Below, one piece after another: positions 18,892 to 29,232 of a stretch of DNA of 64,000 nucleotides. The DNA lies in contig JAIETW010000001.1 of the NCBI GenBank assembly GCA_019744845.1, positions 177,999 to 241,998 of the forward strand, given 5' to 3'. This DNA is from Patescibacteria group bacterium. Its GTDB lineage: Bacteria; Patescibacteriota; Minisyncoccia; Phycocordibacterales; Phycocordibacteraceae. Position 1 is the stretch's first letter. The number at the start of each line of letters is the position of its first letter. The notes below the pieces were generated by a model, which was not told the origin of the DNA, did not search any database, and saw only the letters and a program-made list of their open reading frames with translations. Position numbers and translations under genes: made by a program.

Positions 18892-19394
18892 AATGGATAG
18901 GCATTAGCGGAAGCCAGAAGGTAAACGAGGAGATGGAACAGGATGTCCGAAAGGACGTTCAGAACATCCTCGCTGAGGGTAACGGCATATTGGTTGGAGG
19001 CGCCTTGGGCGTAGATTCCTTTGCCCTAGAGGAGGCGCTCTCCATAGACCCTGAAGCGCACTATATAAAGGTATATCTCCCTGCCACCCTAGAACGCTAT
19101 GCCGCCCACTACCGACGCCGTGCAGAGGAAGGAGTAATCTCCAAAGACCAGGCCGAAACCTTGATCGGACTCCTCACCAAAGCCAAGAATGACCATGCCG
19201 TTTCCTTTACGGAACACCCTGAAAACACGGAAATGAATCAAACCACCTACTACGAGCGAAACAGCGCAATCGTTTCCGCAGCTGATGAAATACACGCCTT
19301 CCAATCTAATAACAGCAAGGGCACACAAGACACCATAGATAAGGCGAAGACAAAGGGTATTCCAGTCATCGTGTACTCGTATTCAGTCTCCTAA
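18888..19394 (+). CDS. Stand-alone SLOG/DprA-like Rossmann-fold protein
   Basis: IGISGS, GGALGVD, YERN, SKGTQDTI. ATGA overlap with dprA. Confidence 0.75.
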   Translation: MKWIGISGSQKVNEEMEQDVRKDVQNILAEGNGILVGGALGVDSFALEEALSIDPEAHYIKVYLPATLERYAAHYRRRAEEGVISKDQAETLIGLLTKAKNDHAVSFTEHPENTEMNQTTYYERNSAIVSAADEIHAFQSNNSKGTQDTIDKAKTKGIPVIVYSYSVS

Positions 19395-19446
19395 AGTGGC
19401 TTCACGGATTTGACAGCCTATCTATAGGTACGCTATGTGTTAGCGT

Positions 19447-21807
19447 GTGGCCAAGAAACTACTCATCGTAGAGTCTCCAGCGAAAGCGAAGACTGTACAG
19501 AAATATCTCGGAAGCGACTATGAGGTACTCGCCTCAGTCGGACACGTGCGTGATCTTCCGAAATCAAACAAGGACGCCGTAGATATAGAGGGCGGCTTTG
19601 TCCCCCGCTACGTCATTTCTGCTGGAAAGAAGGAGGTGATTGAGCGCATCAAGAAAGCGGCAGCCAAGGCTGACGAAGTCCTTCTTGCAACCGACCCCGA
19701 CCGTGAAGGAGAAGCAATCGCCTGGCATATCCAGGAAGCCATTGGTCTTAAGAAACCGAAGCGTGTGGTCTTCCATGAGATCACCAAGAGCGCAGTGGAA
19801 GAAGCAATGGAGGAGCCGAGAGAGATTGATCTCAACCTGAAGGAAGCACAGGAGGCACGCCGTGTGCTTGATCGCATTGTGGGCTACGACCTTTCGGGGC
19901 TTATCTGGAAGAAGGTTCGCTACGGTCTTTCTGCTGGTCGCGTGCAGTCTCCTGCTCTCCGCATCCTTGCGGAGCGTGAGCGTGAGATTAAAGCATTCAT
20001 CCCAGAAACCTTTTTTGTACTTGCTGCCCTTTTCAAAACCAAGAGCGGAGAATTCCCTGCAAGCTGTGTAGAGGAGCCAAAGACCAAGGAAGAGGCAGAT
20101 CGTATCGTCACGCTTGGCGAGAAAGCGAAGTGGGAAGTGGGAGATATTACGGAACGTGCTGAAGAGCGCTCCCCTCGCCCACCGTTTACGACGTCCACCA
20201 TGCAGCAGACGGCTTCTACTCGTCTTGGCTTCTCTCCTTCTCGCACCATGCGTGCAGCCCAGAAGCTCTATGAAGCGGGACATATCACCTACATGCGTAC
20301 GGACTCCGTCACGCTTTCAAAACAGGCAGTCGCGCAGATGTGCTCAATTGTAGAGAAGGACTTTGGAAAAGAGTACGTGCAGCCACGCGTGTACAAGACC
20401 AAGAGTAAGAACGCACAGGAAGCACACGAGGCAGTGCGCCCTACCGATCCTTCTCGTCTCCATGCAGGTGCGCCGGGAGACGAAGAGAAACTCTATGAGC
20501 TTATCCGTATTCGTGCCGTCGCTTCTCAAATGGCAAGTGCAAAAGTACAGCGCACCACCATCAAGGCAAAAGCAGATGCGGATATTCCTCTTTTCTCTTC
20601 TACTGGTTCTCGTGTGATGTTCCCAGGATGGCTCGCACTTGATACTCGTGCACGCGGTGAAGACGTAGAGCTTCCAAAGCTTGAAGTTGGTGACCCTCTC
20701 ACCCTTAAGGAACTCACCTCTACGGAGAAGCAGACCGAGCCACCAAACCGCTACACGGAAGCAGGTCTTATTAAGGAGCTTGAGAAGCGCGGTATTGGAC
20801 GACCTTCTACCTACGCATCCATTATGCAGACCATTCAGGTGCGTGGCTATGTAGAGAAGGAAGGTCGCACCCTTAAACCAACCGCAACCGGTATGGTGGT
20901 ATCGGGATGGCTTGAAGAACATTTCCCTGAGTACATCTCAGACTCCTTCACCGCAGAGATGGAGGATGAGCTGGATGAAATCTCCCGTGGTGAGCGTAAG
21001 TACCTTCCTACCCTCAAAGACTTCTATGGCCCCTTCCAGAAGGCAGTAAAGTCTAAGGAAGATCTTCCGAAGGCCACCTCGCTTGGAAAAGCACCAGAAG
21101 AATTCCCGTGTCCAAAGTGTGGCAGCGCCATGGAATACAAACTTGGTCGTGGTGGTATCTTCCTTTCCTGTACGAAATATCCTGAGTGTGATGGCGCACG
21201 TCAGGAAAACGGAAGTGAGCTTAAGGGAGATGAACCACTCGGCATTCACCCGGAGACTGGCTTCCCTATCTTTGTAAAAACAGGACGCTTTGGTCCGTAT
21301 GTAGAAATGCCCACAGGTGAAGAGGAGCCCTTAAAGAAAACCCGAAGCAAGAAACCTGCAAAGCCAAAGATTATTGCGAAGCGCGCCAGTATCCCTAAAG
21401 GGAAAGATCCTGCAGCAGTCACGCTTGATGAGGCGATTCAATATCTCGCACTTCCACGCGAACTTGGCGTCAATCCAAGTTCTGGTGAAAAGATCATGGC
21501 AAACACCGGACGCTTTGGTCCGTACATCTCACACAATGGAGAGTTCCGCTCACTTAAGAAGGGTGATGATCCCTACACCATTACCCTTGAACGCGCGGTA
21601 GAGATTCTCTCTACTCCGAAGCCTCTTCCAAAGGGCGTGGAGCGCTCACATGATATCGGTAAACACCCAACCACCGGCAAGATGCTTACCGCATACAAGA
21701 GCAAGAGTGGCTGGTTCTTGAAGAAAGGACTCCGTCGCATTACCCTTCCTGACTCTGCTGACCCAGAGGCTATGACTCCTGAGGAAGCGGGTGAATATTT
21801 GAAATAA
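19447..21807 (+). CDS. topA: DNA topoisomerase I
   Basis: IVESPAKAK, ATDPDREGE, SAGRVQS, ITYMRTD, one Zn ribbon and C-terminal GRFGPY repeats. Confidence 0.97.
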   Translation: MAKKLLIVESPAKAKTVQKYLGSDYEVLASVGHVRDLPKSNKDAVDIEGGFVPRYVISAGKKEVIERIKKAAAKADEVLLATDPDREGEAIAWHIQEAIGLKKPKRVVFHEITKSAVEEAMEEPREIDLNLKEAQEARRVLDRIVGYDLSGLIWKKVRYGLSAGRVQSPALRILAEREREIKAFIPETFFVLAALFKTKSGEFPASCVEEPKTKEEADRIVTLGEKAKWEVGDITERAEERSPRPPFTTSTMQQTASTRLGFSPSRTMRAAQKLYEAGHITYMRTDSVTLSKQAVAQMCSIVEKDFGKEYVQPRVYKTKSKNAQEAHEAVRPTDPSRLHAGAPGDEEKLYELIRIRAVASQMASAKVQRTTIKAKADADIPLFSSTGSRVMFPGWLALDTRARGEDVELPKLEVGDPLTLKELTSTEKQTEPPNRYTEAGLIKELEKRGIGRPSTYASIMQTIQVRGYVEKEGRTLKPTATGMVVSGWLEEHFPEYISDSFTAEMEDELDEISRGERKYLPTLKDFYGPFQKAVKSKEDLPKATSLGKAPEEFPCPKCGSAMEYKLGRGGIFLSCTKYPECDGARQENGSELKGDEPLGIHPETGFPIFVKTGRFGPYVEMPTGEEEPLKKTRSKKPAKPKIIAKRASIPKGKDPAAVTLDEAIQYLALPRELGVNPSSGEKIMANTGRFGPYISHNGEFRSLKKGDDPYTITLERAVEILSTPKPLPKGVERSHDIGKHPTTGKMLTAYKSKSGWFLKKGLRRITLPDSADPEAMTPEEAGEYLK

Positions 21808-21833
21808 GAGCTCTACCAGGTATTCTGGGAAGA

Positions 21834-23447
21834 ATGACTCCCGTCAAAGAGATTCTGGCGGAAATGCAAAACCCCTCTGCGGAGGATATTAAGCTCATAG
21901 AAAAAGCCTATGCCTTTTCCCAGAAGGCGCATGAGGGCGTGACCCGGTACTCAGGTGAGCCCTATTTCATACACCCTGCCGCAGTCGCCAAGATCCTTGC
22001 CCAGATGGGTATGGACGCAGCAACAGTCGCTGCAGGACTTCTCCATGACGCTATTGAAGACGCCAAGGCAACCGAAGAAGAAGTACAAAAGGAATTCGGA
22101 GACGAAGTCCTCTTCCTCGTAGACGGCGTCACCAAACTTGGAAAGCACAAGTACCGCGGAGCAGAACGGCACGCCGAATCGCTTCGTCGTTTGCTTGTGG
22201 CTACCTCCGCAGACATTCGCGTACTCATTGTGAAGCTCGCGGATCGTTTCCATAACATGACGACCTTGGCACACGTGCCAGAACATAAGCAAAAGCGCAT
22301 TGCACTGGAGACGCTGGAGATCTATGCCCCGATTGCGGACCGTCTTGGTATGGGTCGTATTCGTCGTGAGCTTGAGGATCTTGCCTTCCCGGCAATTGAT
22401 CCAGACGCATACCAGCACGCGCTTGAGGTACGTAAGTTAAAGACCAAGGAAACTGAGGTTGGTCTTAAGAAAGTGCAGCGTGAAATTCAGGAAGCACTCG
22501 CCAAGCAAGGTATTAAAGACTTCCGTACGGACGTCCGCATGAAAGGACTTTGGAGTCTGCACCAGAAGCTGAAGCGTAAGGGAGATGACATCACTCTTAT
22601 CTACGACATGGCAGCGCTCCGTATCATCGTGCCCACAGTCGCTGACTGTTACGCCGCCCTCGGTCTCATCCACTCACTCCACAAACCACTTCCGGGAGGA
22701 TTTAAGGACTACATCTCTGTACCGAAGCCTTCAAGCGGTTACCAGTCCCTTCACACCACCGTGGTGACTGATGGTGCAGGCATCGTGGAGATTCAGATCC
22801 GCACTAAAGAAATGCATCAGCAGGCAGAGTTCGGTATTGCCTCACACGGTTCCTACAAACTCCTTGGCCCTGCGGCAACGCAAGGTGCCGTTCGCAACAT
22901 GTCACTCCCCTGGATTCAGAATCTTATTCCGAACCTCCTTAACTTCACGAAGAAGGCACCAGGAAAAGAAGCACCTGCGAACGTACCTCGCTGGATCACT
23001 GAACTCGCTGAAGCGCATGCGGGTAACACCGGCTCTACTGAGTTTGTAGAAGGACTAAAATCTGACTTCTTCTCACACCGTATCTTCGTCTTCACGCCTC
23101 GTGGAGACGTGATTGACCTTCCTATCGGTTCTACGCCTATAGACTTCGCCTATGCGATCCACAGCGACCTAGGAGACCATATGAATGGTGCCAAGGTGAA
23201 TGGAAAGCTTGTCTCATTTGATACGACCATTGAAAACGGTGACGTGGTAGAAATCATCACCCGAGAATCCGCACGCCCAACGGCAAAGTGGCTTGATGTC
23301 GCCGTCACCTCTATGGCACGCAGACACATTCGTGGCGCACTAGAACTCTCTGAACGCAGACTTCCTTCCGCCCCAATGAAAGTAGATACTCGTGTGCTCC
23401 GCAAGAAAGCGAGCAAAGAAGGAAAGAAAAAGAAAGGAAAAGGTTAA
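21834..23447 (+). CDS. rel: (p)ppGpp synthetase/hydrolase, RelA/SpoT family (HD, synthetase, TGS; no ACT domain seen)
   Basis: RYSGEPY, LLHD, KLADR.HN, GYQSLHTT, EIQIRT, TPIDFAY.IH. Confidence 0.93.
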   Translation: MTPVKEILAEMQNPSAEDIKLIEKAYAFSQKAHEGVTRYSGEPYFIHPAAVAKILAQMGMDAATVAAGLLHDAIEDAKATEEEVQKEFGDEVLFLVDGVTKLGKHKYRGAERHAESLRRLLVATSADIRVLIVKLADRFHNMTTLAHVPEHKQKRIALETLEIYAPIADRLGMGRIRRELEDLAFPAIDPDAYQHALEVRKLKTKETEVGLKKVQREIQEALAKQGIKDFRTDVRMKGLWSLHQKLKRKGDDITLIYDMAALRIIVPTVADCYAALGLIHSLHKPLPGGFKDYISVPKPSSGYQSLHTTVVTDGAGIVEIQIRTKEMHQQAEFGIASHGSYKLLGPAATQGAVRNMSLPWIQNLIPNLLNFTKKAPGKEAPANVPRWITELAEAHAGNTGSTEFVEGLKSDFFSHRIFVFTPRGDVIDLPIGSTPIDFAYAIHSDLGDHMNGAKVNGKLVSFDTTIENGDVVEIITRESARPTAKWLDVAVTSMARRHIRGALELSERRLPSAPMKVDTRVLRKKASKEGKKKKGKG

Positions 23448-24397
23448 ACCGTAAAGTTACGGATGACCCCAAGCTCTGCGTCAGGTGTGGTCTGCGTCGT
23501 GTTTGGTGCGAGCTCAGGAGTTGGCTCAAGCTCTACTGACTCTGCATCTTCTAGCTTCTGTCCCTGCTCTGCGGCAAGTGCAGCCACAATGTGTGACAGG
23601 TCTTCTGGAGAGAAGAACTCAATCAAGACGCGTCCACCGTTTGGACGGTTCTCAATAAACACACGAGTACCGAGGGTCTCCGTAAGGGACTTCTCTATCT
23701 CCATCATCTCTGGAGTCTTGTCGTGTTTGCGGATCTTATCGGTCGCAATACGACGCACCATCTGCTCAGTCATACGTACTGAGGTTTTCTTCAGAACGAT
23801 TTCCTTAAACAAAGTGTCCTGTTCCTCCTTACGATCTGAAAGCATCAAAAGGGCACGAGCATGTCCTTCGGTAAGCTCCTTGTTCACCACCGCCTGCTGA
23901 ATGTGTTCAGGAAGGGCAAGAAGACGAATGGAGTTACTAACGAACTCGCGACTGCGGCCTACCTTCGCACCAATCTCAGAGTGTGAAAGACCGAACTCCT
24001 CGGCAAGCTGTGCAAGGGCTTTGGCGCGATCAATAGCATTCAAATCCTCACGCTGGAGGTTCTCAATGATGGCAATCTCAAGCTTCATTCGGTCATCCTG
24101 CTCTTCGCGGATCACGACAGGAATTTCGCGAAGCCCGACTAGCTTAGAGGCACGGAGACGACGCTCCCCCGCGATAAGTTCGTAACGGGTCTCAAGGCCT
24201 CCTCCGAACTTCTCTATTTCCTTTCGGGTAACGACAAGCGGCTGAAGCACGCCGTACTGGCGAATAGATTCTGCGAGCGCCTTCAAGCGGGCCTCATCAA
24301 ACTCCTTTCGAGGCTGGAAAGGATTGGGTTCAATGCGATCAACCTCCACCCAAAAGACGGAGTCAAACCTTGTCGGCTCATATGCTGCCCCACTCAT
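23444..24397 (-). CDS. parB: Chromosome partitioning protein ParB
   Basis: PNPFQPRK, LIAGERRLRA, IENLQREDL, HTH. Confidence 0.95.
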   Translation of the reverse strand: MSGAAYEPTRFDSVFWVEVDRIEPNPFQPRKEFDEARLKALAESIRQYGVLQPLVVTRKEIEKFGGGLETRYELIAGERRLRASKLVGLREIPVVIREEQDDRMKLEIAIIENLQREDLNAIDRAKALAQLAEEFGLSHSEIGAKVGRSREFVSNSIRLLALPEHIQQAVVNKELTEGHARALLMLSDRKEEQDTLFKEIVLKKTSVRMTEQMVRRIATDKIRKHDKTPEMMEIEKSLTETLGTRVFIENRPNGGRVLIEFFSPEDLSHIVAALAAEQGQKLEDAESVELEPTPELAPNTTQTTPDAELGVIRNFTV

Positions 24398-24457
24398 GCA
24401 TAAAATATATCACGCGCGTTGCCAGATTTTGAGAAGCCGCGTAGGATAAAACGCATT

Positions 24458-24539
24458 GCCGGGGTGGCGGAATTGGTATACGCGACGGATTCAAAACCCG
24501 TTCCCGTGAGGGTTGAGGGTTCGACTCCCTCCTCCGGCA
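24458..24539 (+). tRNA. tRNA-Leu(CAA)
   Basis: Cloverleaf with anticodon loop ttCAAaa and a long variable arm. Confidence 0.93.
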
Positions 24540-24545
24540 CTTGTA

Positions 24546-25703
24546 TTAGAAATCTCTCTGTCCTTCAGTCACCTGCATCTTTTCCGCTGCAGTGTGCGCT
24601 TTCTTTCGTGCCTCATCAGTGTCGTCTCCTATAGCGAGCGCAACTGCCATACGACGGCGTACATGCGCCGTTGGTTTCCCAAACACACGCACAAGAGTTC
24701 CGGGTTCTGTGAGAGCCTCTACCACTCCCGTCACGACGGGATGATCGCTCACAATAGACGAGAGTACGGGGACTGATGCGCCAGGACGCACGACTATCTC
24801 AGGAATAGGAAGTCCAATGATTGCGCGTACATGGAGTTCAAACTCACTCATGTTCTGGCTCACCATGGTCACCATACCGGTATCGTGCGGACGAGGAGAT
24901 ACTTCTGAGAAAATTACTTCATCCCCTTTGACAAACAACTCAACGCCAAAGAGTCCCCGTCCGCCAAGTGCGTCCGTAATCTTCTGTGCGACTTCCTCCG
25001 CGTTCTTGAGTGCTGTCTCTGACATTTTATGCGGCTGCCAACTCTCTCTGTAGTCTCCATCTATCTGCACATGCCCAATCGGTGCACAGAAACTGGTGCC
25101 TCCCGCATGACGAACGGTGAGAAGGGTAATCTCGTAGTCAAAATCAATAAATCCCTCCACAATCACTTTCCCCGTCTTCCCTCGTCCCGCCTCCATCGCA
25201 TATTCCCAAGCATGTGGAAGATCCTCAGTACCGCGTACGACACTCTGTCCTTTTCCTGAAGAAGACATCGTTGGCTTTATGACACAAGGGAAGCCAATCT
25301 CAGAGGCTGACGCTTCAAGCTCTTCAAAACTTTCGGCAAACCGGTATGGACTCGTCGGAAGCTTGAGCTCCTCTGCAGCGAGTCGTCGTATGCCCTCACG
25401 ATCCATGGTGAGACGAGCAGCACGTGCGGTTGGAATCACGGTGTGCCCTTCCTGTTCTAGCTCTACCAGCGTCGCAGTCGCAATTGCTTCAATCTCAGGA
25501 ACGATAAAATCCGGTTTCTCTTCTTCCACTGCCTTTCGTATCTCAGCGCCATCAAGCATGGAAAAGACGCGTGCGGTATGCGCTACCTGCATGGCAGGTG
25601 CATTCGCATATCTATCGCAGGCAACGACTGTATGACCGAGGCGCATCGCCTCAATCGCCACTTCCTTTCCTAGTTCCCCACTTCCGAGCAACAAGAGCTT
25701 CAT
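24546..25703 (-). CDS. purT: Formate-dependent GAR transformylase
   Basis: [36 protein letters not shown]. Confidence 0.96.
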   Translation of the reverse strand: MKLLLLGSGELGKEVAIEAMRLGHTVVACDRYANAPAMQVAHTARVFSMLDGAEIRKAVEEEKPDFIVPEIEAIATATLVELEQEGHTVIPTARAARLTMDREGIRRLAAEELKLPTSPYRFAESFEELEASASEIGFPCVIKPTMSSSGKGQSVVRGTEDLPHAWEYAMEAGRGKTGKVIVEGFIDFDYEITLLTVRHAGGTSFCAPIGHVQIDGDYRESWQPHKMSETALKNAEEVAQKITDALGGRGLFGVELFVKGDEVIFSEVSPRPHDTGMVTMVSQNMSEFELHVRAIIGLPIPEIVVRPGASVPVLSSIVSDHPVVTGVVEALTEPGTLVRVFGKPTAHVRRRMAVALAIGDDTDEARKKAHTAAEKMQVTEGQRDF

Positions 25704-25718
25704 GGGGTATGTGTGACC

Positions 25719-26384
25719 TTAGATCTTTCCTACGAGATCCATTCCTGGCTCAAGGGTGTCATCTCCTGGTTCCCAAGATGCAGGACAGACTTTGTCGCCG
25801 TGCGTATCTACGAACTGTGCAGCCTGAAGCTTGCGAAGCGTTTCCTTTGCAGAGCGACCAATAGAGTTGTGGTGTATCTCCATGGTGCGGAGTACTCCTG
25901 CGGGATCAATGATGAAGGTGCCGCGCATAGAGAGTCCTTCGTCTGGCGTAAGGGTAGTGTCGTAGCCCTGAATAAGTACACCAAATGCATCACTGATCTT
26001 TCCTGCAGGATCTGCACCCATTGGGAAGTTTATGTTCTTAATTGCAGGAGAGGTGTCGTGCCATGCCTTGTGGGTAAAGACGGTGTCGGTTGAGAATGAG
26101 ACGACATCTGCGTTCATTTCCTGAATCTTTGGATAGATCTTGGCGAGATCCTCAAGCTCCGTCGGACAGACGAAGGTGAAGTCTGCAGGATAGAACATAA
26201 CCACGAGCCACTTCCCATGGAAGTCGCTAAATTTCATCCGTGCAGTGTCTCCCTTGTGATACACCTCAAACTCGTAATCAGGCACATTCTCACCAACACG
26301 TACTGAAGACACGTACTCACGCATCGGATCGTGGAAGTCTCCGCAGTGATCACAGTAGTTGCTCTTTTGTCCGTTTTTATCCAT
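25719..26384 (-). CDS. ahpC: 2-Cys peroxiredoxin (AhpC/Prx1) with N-terminal CxxC extension
   Basis: FYPADFTFVCPTE and VCPASW. Confidence 0.92.
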   Translation of the reverse strand: MDKNGQKSNYCDHCGDFHDPMREYVSSVRVGENVPDYEFEVYHKGDTARMKFSDFHGKWLVVMFYPADFTFVCPTELEDLAKIYPKIQEMNADVVSFSTDTVFTHKAWHDTSPAIKNINFPMGADPAGKISDAFGVLIQGYDTTLTPDEGLSMRGTFIIDPAGVLRTMEIHHNSIGRSAKETLRKLQAAQFVDTHGDKVCPASWEPGDDTLEPGMDLVGKI

Positions 26385-26439
26385 ATGTGTAGTATCTTAC
26401 GCTGCCAAAAATGATGGAGGCATGATAGCATCCGAGCTC

Positions 26440-27279
26440 ATGAGCAGCAAAACACGCATTATCTGCGTCATTGGCCCCACCGCATCAGGAAAGACTGCAA
26501 AGGCCGTCGCACTCGCTAAAGAGCGTGACGGAGAGGTTATTTCCGTCGACTCACGTCAGGTATATAGAATGCTTGATATTGGTACTGAGAAAGCCACAAA
26601 AGAGGAGATGGATGGTATCCCACACTATCTAATAGACGCGGTTGATCCTCGCGAGATTTATAGCGCAGGAGATTTCGTTACTGATGCGAACTCCCGCATC
26701 GCGGACATAGCCGCCCGAGGTAAGACTCCGATCCTAGCTGGTGGTACCCACTTCTATTTTGATGCGCTCTTGAATGGACTTCCCAAGGAAACTCCCGCTG
26801 ATCCTGAATTCCGAAAGACACTTGAAGCCCTTTCTGATGAAGAGCTCTTTGCCCGCATACAGGCACAAGATCCGCGCCGTGCAGAAAAGATTGATCCACA
26901 CAATCGCCGTCGTCTTACTCGCGCACTTGAAGTGATTCAAAAGCACGGACAGGTACCTGAACGTACACCCTCAGACACATATGAAGTGGAATGGGTGGTG
27001 CTTATGCCTGAACGAGAAGAACTGCGCGCGCGTCTTGAGAAACGACTCAAGGATGCCTTTGCGAAAGGGCTGATAGAAGAAGTGCGTCAGGTACGCGAGT
27101 ACGTCGGTGATGAGCGTCTTAATGAGCTAGGTCTTGAATACAAAGTGATCGGAGAATACCTCCGCGAGGAAAGGACCGAAGAGTCACTCATTCCTGCACT
27201 GACTGCCAAACTCTGGCAGTACGCAAAGCACCAGATGAAGTGGATGCGGAAACTACGCTTACCAACCAATACAGCCTGA
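26440..27279 (+). CDS. miaA: tRNA dimethylallyltransferase
   Basis: GPTASGKT, SVDSRQVY, GGTHFY. Confidence 0.95.
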   Translation: MSSKTRIICVIGPTASGKTAKAVALAKERDGEVISVDSRQVYRMLDIGTEKATKEEMDGIPHYLIDAVDPREIYSAGDFVTDANSRIADIAARGKTPILAGGTHFYFDALLNGLPKETPADPEFRKTLEALSDEELFARIQAQDPRRAEKIDPHNRRRLTRALEVIQKHGQVPERTPSDTYEVEWVVLMPEREELRARLEKRLKDAFAKGLIEEVRQVREYVGDERLNELGLEYKVIGEYLREERTEESLIPALTAKLWQYAKHQMKWMRKLRLPTNTA

Positions 27280-28416
27280 TCCGTCGCGCTGATGTTCAGA
27301 AAGGTATACGGAGAAGTGTCCCTGCGTTCCATACTTGAGCACTTTTACCTGTGCACCGTAATTTGGAACTCCGTCAAGAATCTGCTGGCATTGTGATGAG
27401 GAAAGAGATCCATTTTCGTACACCACGTATAGACCTTGGTTTTTCAGCCGGATAGCCATTTCACTAATTTGTGACGTAGAAGGACTGCCGCTCGTACGGG
27501 CAATATCTACACACGTACCATCGCTGTGACACGACGCAGAGTGGTTGGTAGTTGGTGGCCACATTTCTGTAATTCGCCAACCACTATTAGTTCCTACCGC
27601 TACCTGCACTTTTGAAAGGAGAGATGCGTTTACGTAGCAGTAATCAAGTGGTGGTGAAAAGGACTGCACGCCATCTTGCCCTCCCGAGAGACGACAGCCG
27701 TTCTGTGCGGGAGTCTTGTGTGACACGTTCGCATTCACTTTATTACAGTTTGAACAGCCAGCCGGTGACCCAGTCGCAGTGGGCGCTTCACACGCATCGC
27801 CCGTATCATCATTGTCCGCATCAGCCTGATTTGCATTGGCAGTCGTTGGGCAGTTGTCTTCGGTATCAAGAATGCCATCGCTATCGTCATCCGTATTTGC
27901 AGGATCGGCTGGAGTGGCAGGTGTTGCCGGCTCCACCCCTCCGGATGACTGAGCCTGTCCTGACTGCTGCTGATTTGGCTGGATACAGTAATCCTTTTCC
28001 TCATCAGCAATGAGAATGTCTTCCCATGGGCCAAACTGTCCATTTCCTGGGTTATAGATTGCTTTCATGAGGTAGTCTACGAAGAGCCAGGCGGAAAGCA
28101 CAATCGCCAAACCAACCACCGCATTCAAAAGCATCGTGCGTCCCTTCTCACGATTCCCTGGATTGAGCGGAGAAAGCATCCAGATCGCACCTGCGTATGC
28201 GATCACCAAGGTCGCAATCACAATACCAAACGCAATGGCGAGATTCATTGCATTCTGGAGGGTCTCAAGTCCACATCCCCAGTCAGGAGCACTGTCTTCG
28301 CACTGACACTTCTCGCTAATGAGCGGCTCAAACATCCCATCGGCCAATACCGTGCCTGGCATGATGAAAACAACAGAGAGTATAAGCACAGGGAGCAGCA
28401 CCCAGAGCTTCTTCAT
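27259..28416 (-). CDS. VirB2/TrbC-like pilin fused to thrombospondin type-3 Ca-binding repeats and a putative M15-like Zn peptidase
   Basis: Start MKKLW at 28416. Two-TM pilin (IAYAG..W..NPGNREKG..L.NAVVG), DDDSDGILDTEDNCP..NANQADADNDDTGDAC, and SCHSDGTCVD..GHFSV. Confidence 0.75.
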   Translation of the reverse strand: MKKLWVLLPVLILSVVFIMPGTVLADGMFEPLISEKCQCEDSAPDWGCGLETLQNAMNLAIAFGIVIATLVIAYAGAIWMLSPLNPGNREKGRTMLLNAVVGLAIVLSAWLFVDYLMKAIYNPGNGQFGPWEDILIADEEKDYCIQPNQQQSGQAQSSGGVEPATPATPADPANTDDDSDGILDTEDNCPTTANANQADADNDDTGDACEAPTATGSPAGCSNCNKVNANVSHKTPAQNGCRLSGGQDGVQSFSPPLDYCYVNASLLSKVQVAVGTNSGWRITEMWPPTTNHSASCHSDGTCVDIARTSGSPSTSQISEMAIRLKNQGLYVVYENGSLSSSQCQQILDGVPNYGAQVKVLKYGTQGHFSVYLSEHQRDGSGCIGW

Positions 28417-28493
28417 ATGTTCGTAGTATACGGTATGCCACAGGGCTAAATGGCTTTGCCCACAGGCAGGATTACTGCTATCGTAGCCCCACT

Positions 28494-28564
28494 GGGCCCA
28501 TAGTTTAGTGGTAGAACAACGGTCTCCAAAACCGTTAGTCGAGGTTCGATTCCTCGTGGGCCCG
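28494..28564 (+). tRNA. tRNA-Trp(CCA)
   Basis: Cloverleaf with anticodon loop ctCCAaa. Confidence 0.95.
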
Positions 28565-28588
28565 CTGATGAGCTCGTGGTGTACGATC

Positions 28589-29200
28589 ATGACTTTAAAC
28601 CCATTAGAAACACTTCTTCTTGTAATAGATGTGCAGGTAGACTTCTGCTCACCAGAAGGCCTTTCCGCAACCCGCGGAAGAGGCATGCATCAGATCACGG
28701 AGATGCTTCCCCGTCTTCTTACGTTTATTCCTATGGTGAAAGAAAAAGGAGTGTCAGTCGTATACACCCAAATGATAACGACCGAACACCCACCAGAAAA
28801 CTACATACTCGCAAGAAAGGTGAAAGGATTTGAAGATATCGCACGTGTCGGCACTCATGGTGCCGAGCTCTACATGGTCATTCCTGAGCAGGATGATGTC
28901 GTGATAGTTAAGGAGCGTTTTGATGCATTTGCGGGCACTACACTCGCCACTCTGTGTGCAGAACGAAAGATCCGCAACATCCTTATTACGGGTGTACGAA
29001 GTGACATATGCGTGGACGCGACCGCAAAACGCGCATTTGCAGAGGGATATAACGTGTTTGTCGTAAAAGACTTAGTCGCAACTTCTGATGAACGTCTTAA
29101 GCAACACGAAGTTATCCTTGAAACGTTCGGAACATACTCAGGCTTTGTTATATCAAGTAAAGAAGCTGAACAGAGCTTGAGTTCCACAGATAGCCAATAG
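28589..29200 (+). CDS. Isochorismatase-family cysteine hydrolase
   Basis: LLVIDVQ.DF, K.RFDAF, G..SDICV. Confidence 0.9.
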   Translation: MTLNPLETLLLVIDVQVDFCSPEGLSATRGRGMHQITEMLPRLLTFIPMVKEKGVSVVYTQMITTEHPPENYILARKVKGFEDIARVGTHGAELYMVIPEQDDVVIVKERFDAFAGTTLATLCAERKIRNILITGVRSDICVDATAKRAFAEGYNVFVVKDLVATSDERLKQHEVILETFGTYSGFVISSKEAEQSLSSTDSQ

Positions 29201-29232
29201 TAGTATCCACCCAAGTGGTATCATAAACACAT

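Noticed and set aside
27259-28686. Long N-terminal extensions in track ORFs (this one, plus serS, infB, miaA, pth, isochorismatase)
   Set aside because: The extensions overlap tRNAs or divergent genes. Downstream ATGs with adjacent -10 boxes match the family N-termini.
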